This document shows, in pieces, positions 25,145 to 36,806 of a stretch of DNA of 64,000 nucleotides. The notes under the pieces are model-generated. The model ran no database searches. It saw only the letters and a program-made list of their open reading frames with translations, and was not told the origin of the DNA. The stretch's first letter is position 1; every line of letters starts with the position of its first letter. Origin of the DNA: Geosiphon pyriformis uo1 (lineage: Eukaryota > Fungi > Glomeromycota); NCBI GenBank assembly GCA_016748015.1, contig JAAOMT010000762.1, forward strand, positions 62,001-126,000, written 5' to 3'. The translations under genes and the position numbers were made by a program.

Positions 25145-25161
25145 TGGTGCTCTCCCACAGA
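25145..25161 (+). promoter_or_regulatory. B1 PBS TGGTGCTCTCCCACAG
   Basis: 2 nt after the LTR; B2 has TGGTGCTTTCCCATGG at 45974. Confidence 0.8.
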
Positions 25162-25187
25162 AACAACACAGCAAAACCAACTTCAAA

Positions 25188-28100
25188 GTGGCAACCACAC
25201 AGACACAACAACTCTAGAGTACTACTAGTCAATTTACACCCACTGCAAGCAAAGATTCAACATTCCAGACGGAATTGAAGTTGTCAAGAAATCAGTATAC
25301 CAATACATTGAAAACTGCATCAACAATTATCTTTTTGGAAATTACAATATCTCAGAAGTTAGAAACAACCTTTACAATAATTTAGTACACTATTCACAGT
25401 TGGGAACTGAAGACCTTAACAGTAAAACACTTGCCACTTACTTTCAAGAACTTAATTTTAATATTATTAAGTACTGCGAAGAAACATATTCAGTACAGTC
25501 TCAATACTCCATTGATTTTGAATCAGAGACAGAAACAAGCAACAAAGGCAAACACAAATTGAAGCAATACTCAAAAACCACTCCAAATACTCCAATACTA
25601 CCAAAAACAACTGCCAGACACTTACAAACACCTGAACAAGGAACCAGTTCAAAACTTCCACTTACCATCACACTTTTTTCAGCTTTACTTGCACAAGCAC
25701 AAACACCTAATTCACCCTTAAATCAATTTGTGAAACCAGAAGATTTTACATCACTTAGAAGTCCCACCAGACAGCAAAAACTCCTTTAAACTAGTTCCAA
25801 TCTTCTTGATTTTCTAGCTGAAAATCAAAGTAAACACTCTGAGACAACAACAAATGAAAAAAATGACTCTGAAATAACTAAAGAAGAATTAATAGACAGT
25901 GAAAACGAAGAAGACAAAATGACAGCATACATTGCAAAAATCTCTGAATTTAATGGAGAAGACATTGAGACCAGTCTCCAAGAATGGCTTGACCAAGTTA
26001 CTAAACTGGAGATGCAAATGGATGAAATGCTGCCAGAATGTTAAGAACAATTTCCTACTTTCTCAAAGAAACAGCAAGAGAATGGTTTGAAAACTTGACT
26101 GCTCTATTCAATGATTGGGACACTTTTAAAGCAGCCTTCCTTGAACAATTCACTGATAACAACACTTCAATCACACTTCGAAATCATTTTCGCAACATTA
26201 AAAAAGAACCCTCCAAATCTGTTATAACTTATATTGGGAAATTCAACAAACTTTTCTGATGAATTTGCCAACTTGAAACTAATGATTATTATTCTGATGC
26301 TTAAATCTTGGATCAATTTATTGCTGGCTTAAAGGATAAACTGATTAAAAAGGTTCACCCACATGTGCCAAAAGATTTAAACTCTGCCATTCAGCATGCA
26401 AAAAAATATGAAATGGCCATGGAAGAAGCCAATTGTACAAAACTTGTGAACTTAGCCATTGGAGAAACCAGCTCAGCAGCTGAAGAGAAAATTAACCAAC
26501 TTGCAAAGAAAGTTGAAAACTATTTCACCAACCAACAACAACAGCAACTCCAAAGATATTAACCACCTCAAAGATGGAATTAAAACAACTTCGTATTATT
26601 TTCTAATAACCAGCCTCAGATTTGCCATTACTGTGGAATTCTTGGTCACTGGAAAAGAGATTGCAGAAAGCTAAAATGAGACCAACAAAATAGGAGTAAT
26701 CAACATTACTCTTCACCACAGCAATCTTATTATCAACCACCACCACTAGCTTACTATCCACCAAGATCCCAATACCAAAATAACTATTATCAGCCCGTCC
26801 CACAGCCAATTCAACAGCAATACCAACAACCACTCACATAACATTATCAAATACCTGCTCGAAGATTGATTCCGCAAAATTAATTCGCACCACAAAACCG
26901 ATATTAAGTAAACAACAATAGGATCAATTCGAACAACCAATTAATTCTCCGAAATCCAGTTCAGCCAAGATCCACCCATTATCATACTCAATCTAACTAT
27001 CTTACAATGCCTGAAGAACAGAATTTTTACCATACTGCATTTGCAGAAAAAAGAGCTGCAGCACGACAACAAAACTCTTCTTATATTCCTACCACAATCC
27101 CACCAGCCAGAATTGCTGAAAATGCCAATCTTTCAGATATATTTCCTTTCGAATTTGAAGCAAATGAATTACATTTTTGCTTAACAATGCAGCGGCTAAT
27201 AAGCAAAAAGCCATCACTGCAATGTATACAGAAGCTGAAATAGAAGAAAAGCCAATTTGCTTGATCTTAAACAGTGGATTCACCAGAAGCATTATTACAT
27301 ATTAATTGATGCAGCAGCTAAAGAAAAATATTGACCAACCAGCTCAGACAATCATTGTCACTGCTGATGGCATGAAAAAGACTCCAGTAGGAGAAATTGA
27401 CAATTTTCCGTTCACTCTCAATGGAATCACCATTCCAGTCAAAGTTCTTATAATGGATGCTCCCCAGTATCAAGCCCTTGTTGGAAATGACTGGCTTCAA
27501 AAAGCCAATGTGAAATTAGACTGGGAAACCCAAGAGCTACAAATTTCTTACCAAGGACAACATGCCCGAGTACCTGTCACTTGTAGTACATTCAACAAAT
27601 GCTCCGAAAAAGCCCTGGCTTTTGAATTCAAACCAGAAGAAGAAAAACCAATAATCAAAACATTCATGGCTCTTGGATCAATGTCCAATTGGGCCAAGAA
27701 AACTGAACAAAAACATTTTACTTTACACTCTGAACCTGAAACCCCTGGATGGAATATCCCTTACTCAAAGCCTGAACCAAGGAAACATTGCCCCTATATT
27801 CCTCTTAAATGTAAGGACTGCTACAAGAAACTATCATTAATGGGAGCTTGTATTTCATCTGAGAAAGAATATGAAAGTCATATCTGCTACTACTGCAAGG
27901 CCTGCCATTGAGAATGATAAGGCCACTTGATCAAAAAAAGTGGAAAATGGAATAGAACATCCTGTCTTACTTGTGGAAAGCAGCTTCCCGATGAATGTAA
28001 CTGAATTGATGTCGCATTTAAAGGAGGAGTCTGTGATCAAACTTGTCAATATGTTCTTTCTATTGCAGAAAAAGTAAAACATGGAACACCTTTCAATGCC

Positions 28101-30803
28101 ACATACAACAGTGCCCTCAGCAAATTCTATCACTACCCTCATGATGCCAAAATAATCTATGAACTTGTTATGGTCTTAATTAATGGAGGAACCAAAGAAG
28201 ATGTCCTTCAAATGAAGGAAGCCAAATATATTGAATATACATTGGAATTAGCTAGATTCGATTATGAAGATGAAGTCAAAGTATACCACCAAATCGCAAG
28301 TCACACCTACTCAACCCAAGAAGCTCAAATTCAATGATTAGAGCAAATGAACATTAAATTATGTGAGGAGTGTATAATGTCATGTGATGAACAATGGTGT
28401 CCTGAATGCTATGCCCTTAGCATTCTATTACCCAGCAAAAGTAATAAATATGAAATTGAATTTGGAGAACCTGAAACAACAGAAAAAATTGAAACAACAC
28501 CCATCTATCTCATTGAAAATCAGCCTGCCTTACAACTCAAATATTTCAACAACAACGGACAAGGAATAAAACCCAAAAAAGCACATGAAATTGATACTGA
28601 ATATGACCTAAAATATCCAGACAAGGATACTTTTGTTCTCAAACCCAAATCTCTCACAAAAATCAACCTCAAAATTGCTCTTAAAATCTTGCTAGGAGCA
28701 ATGGTTCAAATTGCCTCCCAGTTCTCTCTGGCAAGCAAAGGAATCAATGTCAGAGGAGGAATAATTGATGCTGGATATACTGGTAACATAACAGTAATAC
28801 TTCAAAATGAAACTAACAAACCATTCAAAATCGAACATGCTGAAAAAATTGCCCAAGCTATTTACCTATTCCTAATCAACATTTCAGGTTTGCAACTAGT
28901 CAATCAAAGAGAACAATTAAGAAAAAGTAATAGAGAAACCCAAAGTTTTGGTTTAACTGGATGATTCACAGTTCCAGTTAATATAGCTTTTAACACACAG
29001 AACAAATCCCACCAGATTCTCAGACTTCCATAACCAATTACCATCTTACCTTTTGAAGAGCATCTGGAAATCTACACCTGCCCAAAGCCAACAACCACAC
29101 AACAAATTTTTAAGTCCAATGAACAAGTCTGCTTGAAACATAATATTTCAATCCCAAACATTTATATTCCAGAAGAAACAAAAAAAGTCCGAGTTACTTT
29201 TTACAATCTCAACAATTACTCCATAGTTTTATTAAATAATTTAGAAATTAAAGTTATTCACAGTAATATATTTCAACAAGAATTACCCCAAACAGTCCCC
29301 GATTTCTCTAAAATTATTGGACATTCACTACCAAAAATCAACCCAAACTCCAGCTCTGAAAACTACTATGTTGTTATGAAAAAACTATCTCGAATCAACA
29401 TGGAACAACTTGAACCACAACAACAAAGCCAGCTCAAAGAGCTAATTGCTGAATTTGCTGATATCTTTGCTGAAAACAACAATGACTTAGGAAGAACCAA
29501 TTTGGTTCAACACCAAATCTATACAGGAAATGCCAAATTAGGGCAACAACAAGCCTACCGAGTTGTTCCAGAAAGCCACCAATTTATCAGAGAAAAAGTA
29601 CAATGGATGCTTAACAATGGGCTTATTCAATTATCAATGAGTCCATGGGCTTCATCTGTGGTTCTAGTTAAAAAGAAAAATGGAAAGATACAATTTTGTG
29701 TTGATTATCGACAACTCAACAGTGTTACTATTGGTGATGTCTACTCTCTTCCCTAAATTGATAACATGTTGGATGTCCTTGGAAAGTCCAAATACTTTTC
29801 AACATTAGATCTAGAAAGCAAAAACTGACAAGTTGCCATGGACCCCAAAGATTGTCCCAAGACAGCCTTCACAACTCAAGGAGGAAACTACGAATTCAAT
29901 GTAATGTCTTTCGGATTATGCAATGTGCCAGCAACATTTCAGAGATTAATAGATATTGTGTACAAAGGACTCTTTTGGAAGTCAGTAGTTGTTTATCTTG
30001 ATGATACTGATGTTTATTCTCCATCGTTCAAATTACACTTAAAACACCTATGAGAAGTTTTTTAACGATTACGAAAAGCAGGACTAAAACTCAACATCGA
30101 AAAATGCTACTTTGGAAAAACAAGCTTGGCCTTTCTTGGTCATATCGTTAGTAAAGATGGAATCAAACTGGACCCTAGAAAAATCAGCGCTGTCAAAAAC
30201 TTCAAAATTCTCCAAAACACTACAGAACTAAGAGAATTCATAGAGTTAGCCTTCTACTATCGGAAGTTTATCAAAGAATTCTCAGAAATTGCAAAATCTT
30301 TCAACCAGCTTCCCACCAAAAACATCGAATACAAATGGACTGTTAAATGCCAAAATGCATTTGAAATTCTCAAAGAAAAACTAATGACAGCTCTAATTCT
30401 TGTCTACCCAGATTTCAGCAACTGATTCTGATTAGCAACAGATGCCTCTTATACTGCCTTTGGTGCCATCTTATTACAATTAGATGACAATGGAAATGAG
30501 CGAGTAATTGCTTATGCTAGCAAAATATTAAAACCAGCCAAAAAAAACTATCCTGTCACAGAACTAGAAACAGCAGCCGTAATCTGGGCCCTACACCACT
30601 TCAACTTTTATTTCAGGCCTAAAGAATTCGATATTATCACTGATAATATTGGACTCAAATGGCTTCAGAACAAAAATACTCAGCTGAATGCAAAACAAAC
30701 CCGATGAACAGGATTTCTAACAAACTATTGATACATAGTACATCACAAACCAGGAAAACTCCACACTAATGTTAACTGTCTCTCCAGAATGAAACAAAAT
30801 TAG
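25188..30803 (+). pseudogene. B1 fused gag-pol (extension, CA, CCHC, PR, Cys-rich, dUTPase, RT, RNase H)
   Basis: CHYCGILGHWKRDC, LILNSG, ALVGNDWL, PWASSVV, FCVDYRQLN, YLDD, ATDAS; TAG at 30801-30803. Confidence 0.92.
28535..28962 (+). pseudogene. dut: dUTPase domain in B1 pol
   Basis: EYDLK, QIASQFSLA, GIIDAGYTG, KIAQAI, RETQSFGLTG correspond to trimeric dUTPase motifs 1-5. Confidence 0.9.
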
Positions 30804-30855
30804 AAAACACAAAAAACCAACACTCAACTTAACCAACCAAAACAGCCAACAAACA

Positions 30856-32241
30856 ATGAATTTGGAAAACTATAACAATCTCAAACAATATTTGGAAACA
30901 TTAACAATTCCAACAGATTGGTCTCCAGATGAAAAACATCAACTACAACAACAAGCCAAACAATATTTTCTACACAACAACATTATTTATCATCGAAATT
31001 TCAAAAACCCAGACAAACTACTCAGATTAATACAAGAACAAGAAAAAGAGACTATATTATACAACATGCATTCAGATCTTTTATCAGCACACTTTGGAAA
31101 AGACAGCACCACCCAAAGAACACTAGAATACTACTTTTGGCCTCAAATGAGAAAAGACATTCACAAATATGTCGAATCTTGTAATAGTTGTTAAAGAAGA
31201 GAAGGAACACGCCCTACTGAACCATTAAATCCAATTAAAATTGGACAACTCTTCGACCGAGTTGGTATCGATTTAGTTGGACCACTATCTATTACCACTC
31301 AAGGAAACCGTTATATTGTAGTAGCTGTAAACTATCTTACTAAATGGCCTAAAGCCAGAGCCATTCAATGAGCAGATGCAAAATCAGTAGCAAATTTCAT
31401 CTATGAAGACATTATTTGTAGACATGAATGTCCAATTGAACTTTTATCCAATTAGGGAACACACTTTGTGAACAACCTAATACAAGAAATTTGTGAACGA
31501 TTCAATGTCAAAAGACCTCTGTCTTTGCCCTACCATCCACAAACAAACGGACTTGTGGAACATTTTAACAGAACATTGTGTGAGTCATTGGCCAAAGTCT
31601 CAACTGATTTTGAGCAAGAATAGGATATCTTTATTCCATCAGTGTTACTAGCATATAGAACACTAAAACAAGATACCACAAAACATACACCATTTGATTT
31701 AACTTATGAAAGGACAGCAATATTACTAATTAGTTTCACAGTGGAAACATACCCAGCACAACTAATTGATAAAAACAATTTTCAGGAAACACTACAACAA
31801 AGAGTCTACACTCTGCTTAGCACATTGGAAGGAAAACGATGAATAGCAGCAACTCATATTGAACATTCTCAAGCTCAACAAAAAGAAAGACATGACAACT
31901 AATTACCACCTATTACCAACAAATTTAAAGTTGAAAATAAAGTTTTCTTACACAGAACTAAAGCTGAAAAACAATGGAGTGGAAAATTTGAAAATAAATG
32001 AGATAAATCATTCTTTATTCATGAAATTCTAGGCAATGGATCATACAAGCTAAGACTTGATGACAAAATCCTAGCAAAAGTTGCACATGGAAATCATTTG
32101 AAACACTATAATTCCAGAAACAATCCTGAATTATTAATTCCACAAATTGGCATACATTCCTCTTTAATCAATTCCAAAGATATTCTCCAGAATTTAGAAC
32201 CAATAGTTGTCATTGAACAACCTCCCAACTTGAACACTTAA
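30856..32241 (+). pseudogene. Stand-alone integrase of B1 (462 codons)
   Basis: Own ATG (MNLENY); HSDLLSAHF, CNSC, IDLVG, PQTNGLVE. Confidence 0.92.
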
Positions 32242-32363
32242 TTTAAATTTATTATTATAGTTATCTTCTTATAATTTAGAAACAATCTTACAAAAACAAA
32301 ACAAAAATAGCATAAAAACCCATACACCAAAAATAATTTTCTTTTATTTTCAAATTTCTTATA

Positions 32364-33083
32364 ATGACTATTCCTTAAAACATTCAACAATTATCCCAAA
32401 AACTAATGTTAGCTTTAAAAACAATACCCGAATTATCTATTACTGTTACTGGAAACCACATTAATTATACCCAAACAGAAGTAGTCACAAATTTAGCCCC
32501 AAATTCACGAAAATATCACCCATATAAGAAGAACACAAGAAATTATTCTGGAATTCACCTGCCAGAACTTTTAAAGCTTGCTTTAAAAGAAAACTTAATG
32601 CTCACTTCTATTAGTATTCCACCAAATGCTACTATTTAACAAAAACTTCAACTGTGTCTTAATGAAAAAAACTATGACTATACTCCAATATATAGATATT
32701 TCTACATTGGAAAAACACTTCATGAACAAAAATGGGAGCTTACAGCAGCAAACCTCACAAAAGAAGCTATTCGGAAACAACTTTACAATGAATTTAAGAC
32801 AACAGCTGGACTTACAAACAGTCATTATAAACTAAGAACTGCTCTTAGACTTTATGACCTATTCTACGCCTGTGAAAACGTCCTACAAAACCCAATTTTA
32901 CAACCTTTGAAGATTCAATACATTGGAAAGCTCACAAAACTGAAATTTCAACAATTTTCAGACCAAATTTCTTCAATAATTTTGGATTATTATCTGGAAA
33001 TTACAGACAGTACTTAGACTTTGATGGAGCTCAGTCTTGAGGAGGAGGTTATGTTACCAGACGAAATTAAAGATATTATTTAG
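32364..33083 (+). pseudogene. B1 ORF3
   Basis: Homologous to 53214-53921; runs through the PPT into the LTR; in-frame stops. Confidence 0.8.
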
Positions 33084-34033
33084 CATGAAATTATTGTTAT
33101 AATTCTCATCATTAATTAACATATATTATCATTTCAAATTATCACTTATTACATTAGCAAAATGTCCAAAATTGTTATTTAATTAATAACCCAATTTGTA
33201 TATGACACAAATGTAATCTAATTGCGATGATCAATCATGCAATACCCCAAACTATATAACATTTAAAAAGTTCACCGAAATTTGTAGAAATTTGCCAAAA
33301 TAATTGATAGTTCACTGAAATATCTAATAGTTTGCAGAAATAACTTGTAGTTCACCAAAATGTATCTTTAGTTCAGTGAAATTGTAGAAAATAGCAAAGT
33401 TCGAGTTCATAGAATAGTGTTATGACAAGTTGTATAAAAGAAGAGTGTCTCTCTTCGAGAAAATGTATCTTACTTCAGATTTAATAATTAGAATCATTCT
33501 TTACCTACAAAAACAAAATAAATATCAAATAATTTGAAAAATCAAATCCTTAATTATTTTCTCTTTTAAAATTAACCAATTCTTACTAAACAGTTTTGAA
33601 ATTGATTAGCTACCAATTTCAATAAAACTGTTAGTGACTCCAGGCCTGGATAGAAAACGTTTCCCTTGACAGAATTCTATTTCTTTTACATTTCTTTTAT
33701 TTTTCTTTTATTTTCTTATTATAATTATTAGGGTAGCCTACAGACGAGATTCCTATAGAAGAGTTGACTTTCACAGCAAAGTAACTACACATTTTAGTGA
33801 GCTTCCAGATGAGCAATTCCTGAGAAAAAGTTGACGTTTACTACAATGTAACTACATAAAGTAACTGGTAAGAAATTGGTTATTCTATTTATAAGCCCAG
33901 CAGTTCAAATTATAGGAGATAATTTGAAGATAAATTCAGTTACTGGAGGTTTAACCACATCCAGAAAATGTGAATTCACAGCAAACAGGCATCAACAACA
34001 TTTAAGAAAAGAGACCAAAAACCTCTGGTAACA
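33052..34033 (+). repeat. B1 3' LTR
   Basis: Direct repeat of 24183-25142 with one extra unit of about 21 bp. Confidence 0.95.
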
Positions 34034-34095
34034 CCAGTTAAGATAATTTCTTCTTGAATTGTTGAGTATCTATATAATGTTAAAGTTGTTGATAT

Positions 34096-34761
34096 TATTA
34101 CGGGTTGGAGTAACAGGCTAACGGATAGCAAGAAAGAACAGAATTGTAGAGTGATGAAAATAATCAAAGGGGAATTCAACTTTAAAGAGCAAATTAAATG
34201 AGTATGGATTCAATGTATGAGATCAGTCTCATAAAAATATCTCAGTTGCTATTCTTTTTAAAGGTAACTAGGGAATCTAAAGGTAGAGGAATAATCCGTA
34301 CTGTCAACAATTGATCACTACTGGTATAATTTTATGCCTCACATCAGCACTCTTAGAATTCAATATCAGGTATCAACTTGTGCTTTTCAGTCACATTTAT
34401 TCAAATAATCTTCAAATGCTACAATTATATATGTCAGAAAAAGGCCAACAAGTAATTTTTTATCTTTAAGATGTTTAGATACTTGAAGATAGGGAAAGGG
34501 AAATTAGTGATAAGAGAAGGATTGAGATAAAAGTTGTTATTTTATTTATTTTTGATTATTCAGATGCTTGTTATTACATGCTTTTCTACAGCTAAGAGAT
34601 TTATTGCTTATATAGCTATCAAAAATGGTCAATGATTAGGTCAATGATCAGGTTATTGATCAGGTTAATGATCACTTTTTAAAAATAGGGTGGCTAATTA
34701 TATGATATCAGTGGCTAATACATGTAATAACTAATAAAAACTATGAGTTTCAACTGTAACA
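34096..34761 (-). repeat. A3 3' LTR
   Basis: Direct repeat of 41073-41736; PPT adjacent at 34762-34773. Confidence 0.93.
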
Positions 34762-35387
34762 TCATCCTTTCTAAAGTGATTGAGCTCCAGCGAAATCAAA
34801 CTATTTATAGTGTAATCTATTTGAAAGGTTTTATCTAACTCAAAACTAACTAGTTTGTTGAAGTTTTTTGTGGATAAGATATATAAAACTTGAGGCGAAA
34901 TGAGCTTTGTGTTCAAAAGACCAAATCTTTGTATAAGAGTTTTGGCTCTTCTTGCAATGGTCAAAACTCTTGGAACATCTAATCATACAATGTCCAAAAT
35001 TTCCACTTGTATCTCAGAAGTTGTTTTCTTCATGAGCTTCATGTCTTTTATAATTTCACTGAGGTGACCATAGAGTTTTAGTTGTTTTTCATATGACAAG
35101 TTTTTGTCTATGAACAAGATTTCTTTAATTGTTTTTTTAATTGTGATGGAAGATACAAGTATTGCTGCTGTTATATTTTCCAGCAAATACTTATCCATTT
35201 TGCTACCAATTCTTTTTCTTCTGGTAGTTGTTTTCTTTGGTCTGATAACAGTATGTGTTCCACTGTTGTCAGTTATTGTAGTTTGTTTTCCAATAGTCAG
35301 AGTAGCATTTGAATAGTTTTTAATCCAATATTCATAAAGAGTATAGAAAGCATTTTAAATGTTTTGATCCAGAAAATAATTGTTCAT
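34731..35387 (-). pseudogene. A3 ORF3
   Basis: 657 nt, homologous to 5269-5925, with in-frame stops. Confidence 0.8.
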
Positions 35388-35434
35388 GTCAATTAAAGAT
35401 ACTTCTGTTTTGGGAGTGGTGCATTTATTTATAT

Positions 35435-36748
35435 CTAATTTTTGCTGATTATTTGGGTCAGTATTACCACAGCAGGTAACCAATCAGATCGTTTGTGATA
35501 TTTCTTGAGTTATGTGCCATGAACAGGTCAATCATTAAAGATTGTTCTGGATTGATCTTGAAGAATATAAAAACCATTGTTCAAAACTTTGTTGACTATA
35601 AAGGGTTCTTTCTACCAGCTAGAGAATTTATCACCATAGACATTGTCTCTGTCTGAGCGGTATTCCAAAACCAAGTCATCAATGCTTAAGAAAAGTGTTT
35701 TATAGGTTTTCTTTTTCTTAAGCTTCTCTTGGAACTGTTTTATCTTTTCAAAGACAATTATCTGTGTCTCTATCAATGAGTCAAGAATGGTACCAAGTTT
35801 TCTTTGCAAAATGTCTTTGTAATTCCCTATTGTAATTTCTTCAAAGGGTATTGTCTCAATATCAGTTTTTATTAGTAGTGTTGCCATTCGTTCATAGAGC
35901 AGGTAAAAGGGTTTATAACTTGTTATGTTATGATTTACAGTCCTATAAGCAAACAAAGCTGAAGACAGTACTTTGTCCTATAAGTTTGTTTCTTCACTTG
36001 TTTTGGCTAAGGTTTCACACAGTGTTCTATTGAAACATTTCACTAAGCCATTTGTTTAAGGGTGATAAGGGGAGAAAAGTTTGTGACATATTCCCATTTT
36101 TTTACAAAGTTCTTCAACCAGTGTACTGAGAAAAGCTTTTTTTCTATCAGATAAAAGTTCTTTGGGGCAGCCATGGTGACAAATGATATCTTCATAAATG
36201 AAATTAGCAATGGAAACTGCTGTTTAATCTGGGGTGGCTCTTGTTTCTACTCACTTTGTAAGATAGTCAGTGGCTGTGATAATGTATCTGTTGCCATCAG
36301 GAGTTACTGTTAATGGTTCAACAACATCTATACCAATTTTGTTAAAGGGTTGGCCAACAGAGATTGGATAGATGTCTTCTTTGCAATTGGGTTTTCTTCT
36401 TCTTTGGCAGGTATCACAGGTTTTGATATACTTAGCAATGTTTTTTCCCAAAGTAGGCCAATAATAGTGAGCTAGAGTTTTCTGAATTGTTTTTGTTTTT
36501 CCAAAGTGTCCAGCTAATGGATCAGTGTACATATTGTAGATCACAATTTCTTTTTCTTCAAATCTTATGACTCTCTGGGGGTGGTCAGAATTTTTTCTAT
36601 TTCTTTTGTATAATTGGTTCTGGTGGATCAAATAAAAATTTGATTGTTTGCGCAAATGTTTTTTTTGCTGTCGAGTGTATTCCAGTAGGTATTGTCTTTT
36701 ACCCAAAAATTCCATTAAGACAGAGTAGTTGTCCAAGTCCATTATCAT
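35435..36748 (-). pseudogene. Stand-alone integrase of A3 (438 codons)
   Basis: MIMDLDNY..., LAGHFG, CDTC, IDVVE. Confidence 0.92.
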
Positions 36749-36806
36749 GTTTGGTTGTAAGAGAATTACTAATAATTAGGTTAGTTTGGTTTGAGAGGTT
36801 GTACTG

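Larger units (their letters stand above)
24183..34033 (+). mobile_element. Full-length Ty3/Gypsy family B copy B1 (9.85 kb, dUTPase-bearing)
   Basis: LTRs 24183-25142 and 33052-34033; PBS at 25145; PPT GAGGAGGAGG 33039-33048; flanks TTGG/CCAG (a decayed 4-bp TSD restores the host IN frame). Confidence 0.95.

Noticed and set aside
28347-28964. Host or bacterial dUTPase gene
   Set aside because: It is in frame within pol between matching LTRs in three elements, so it is element-encoded.
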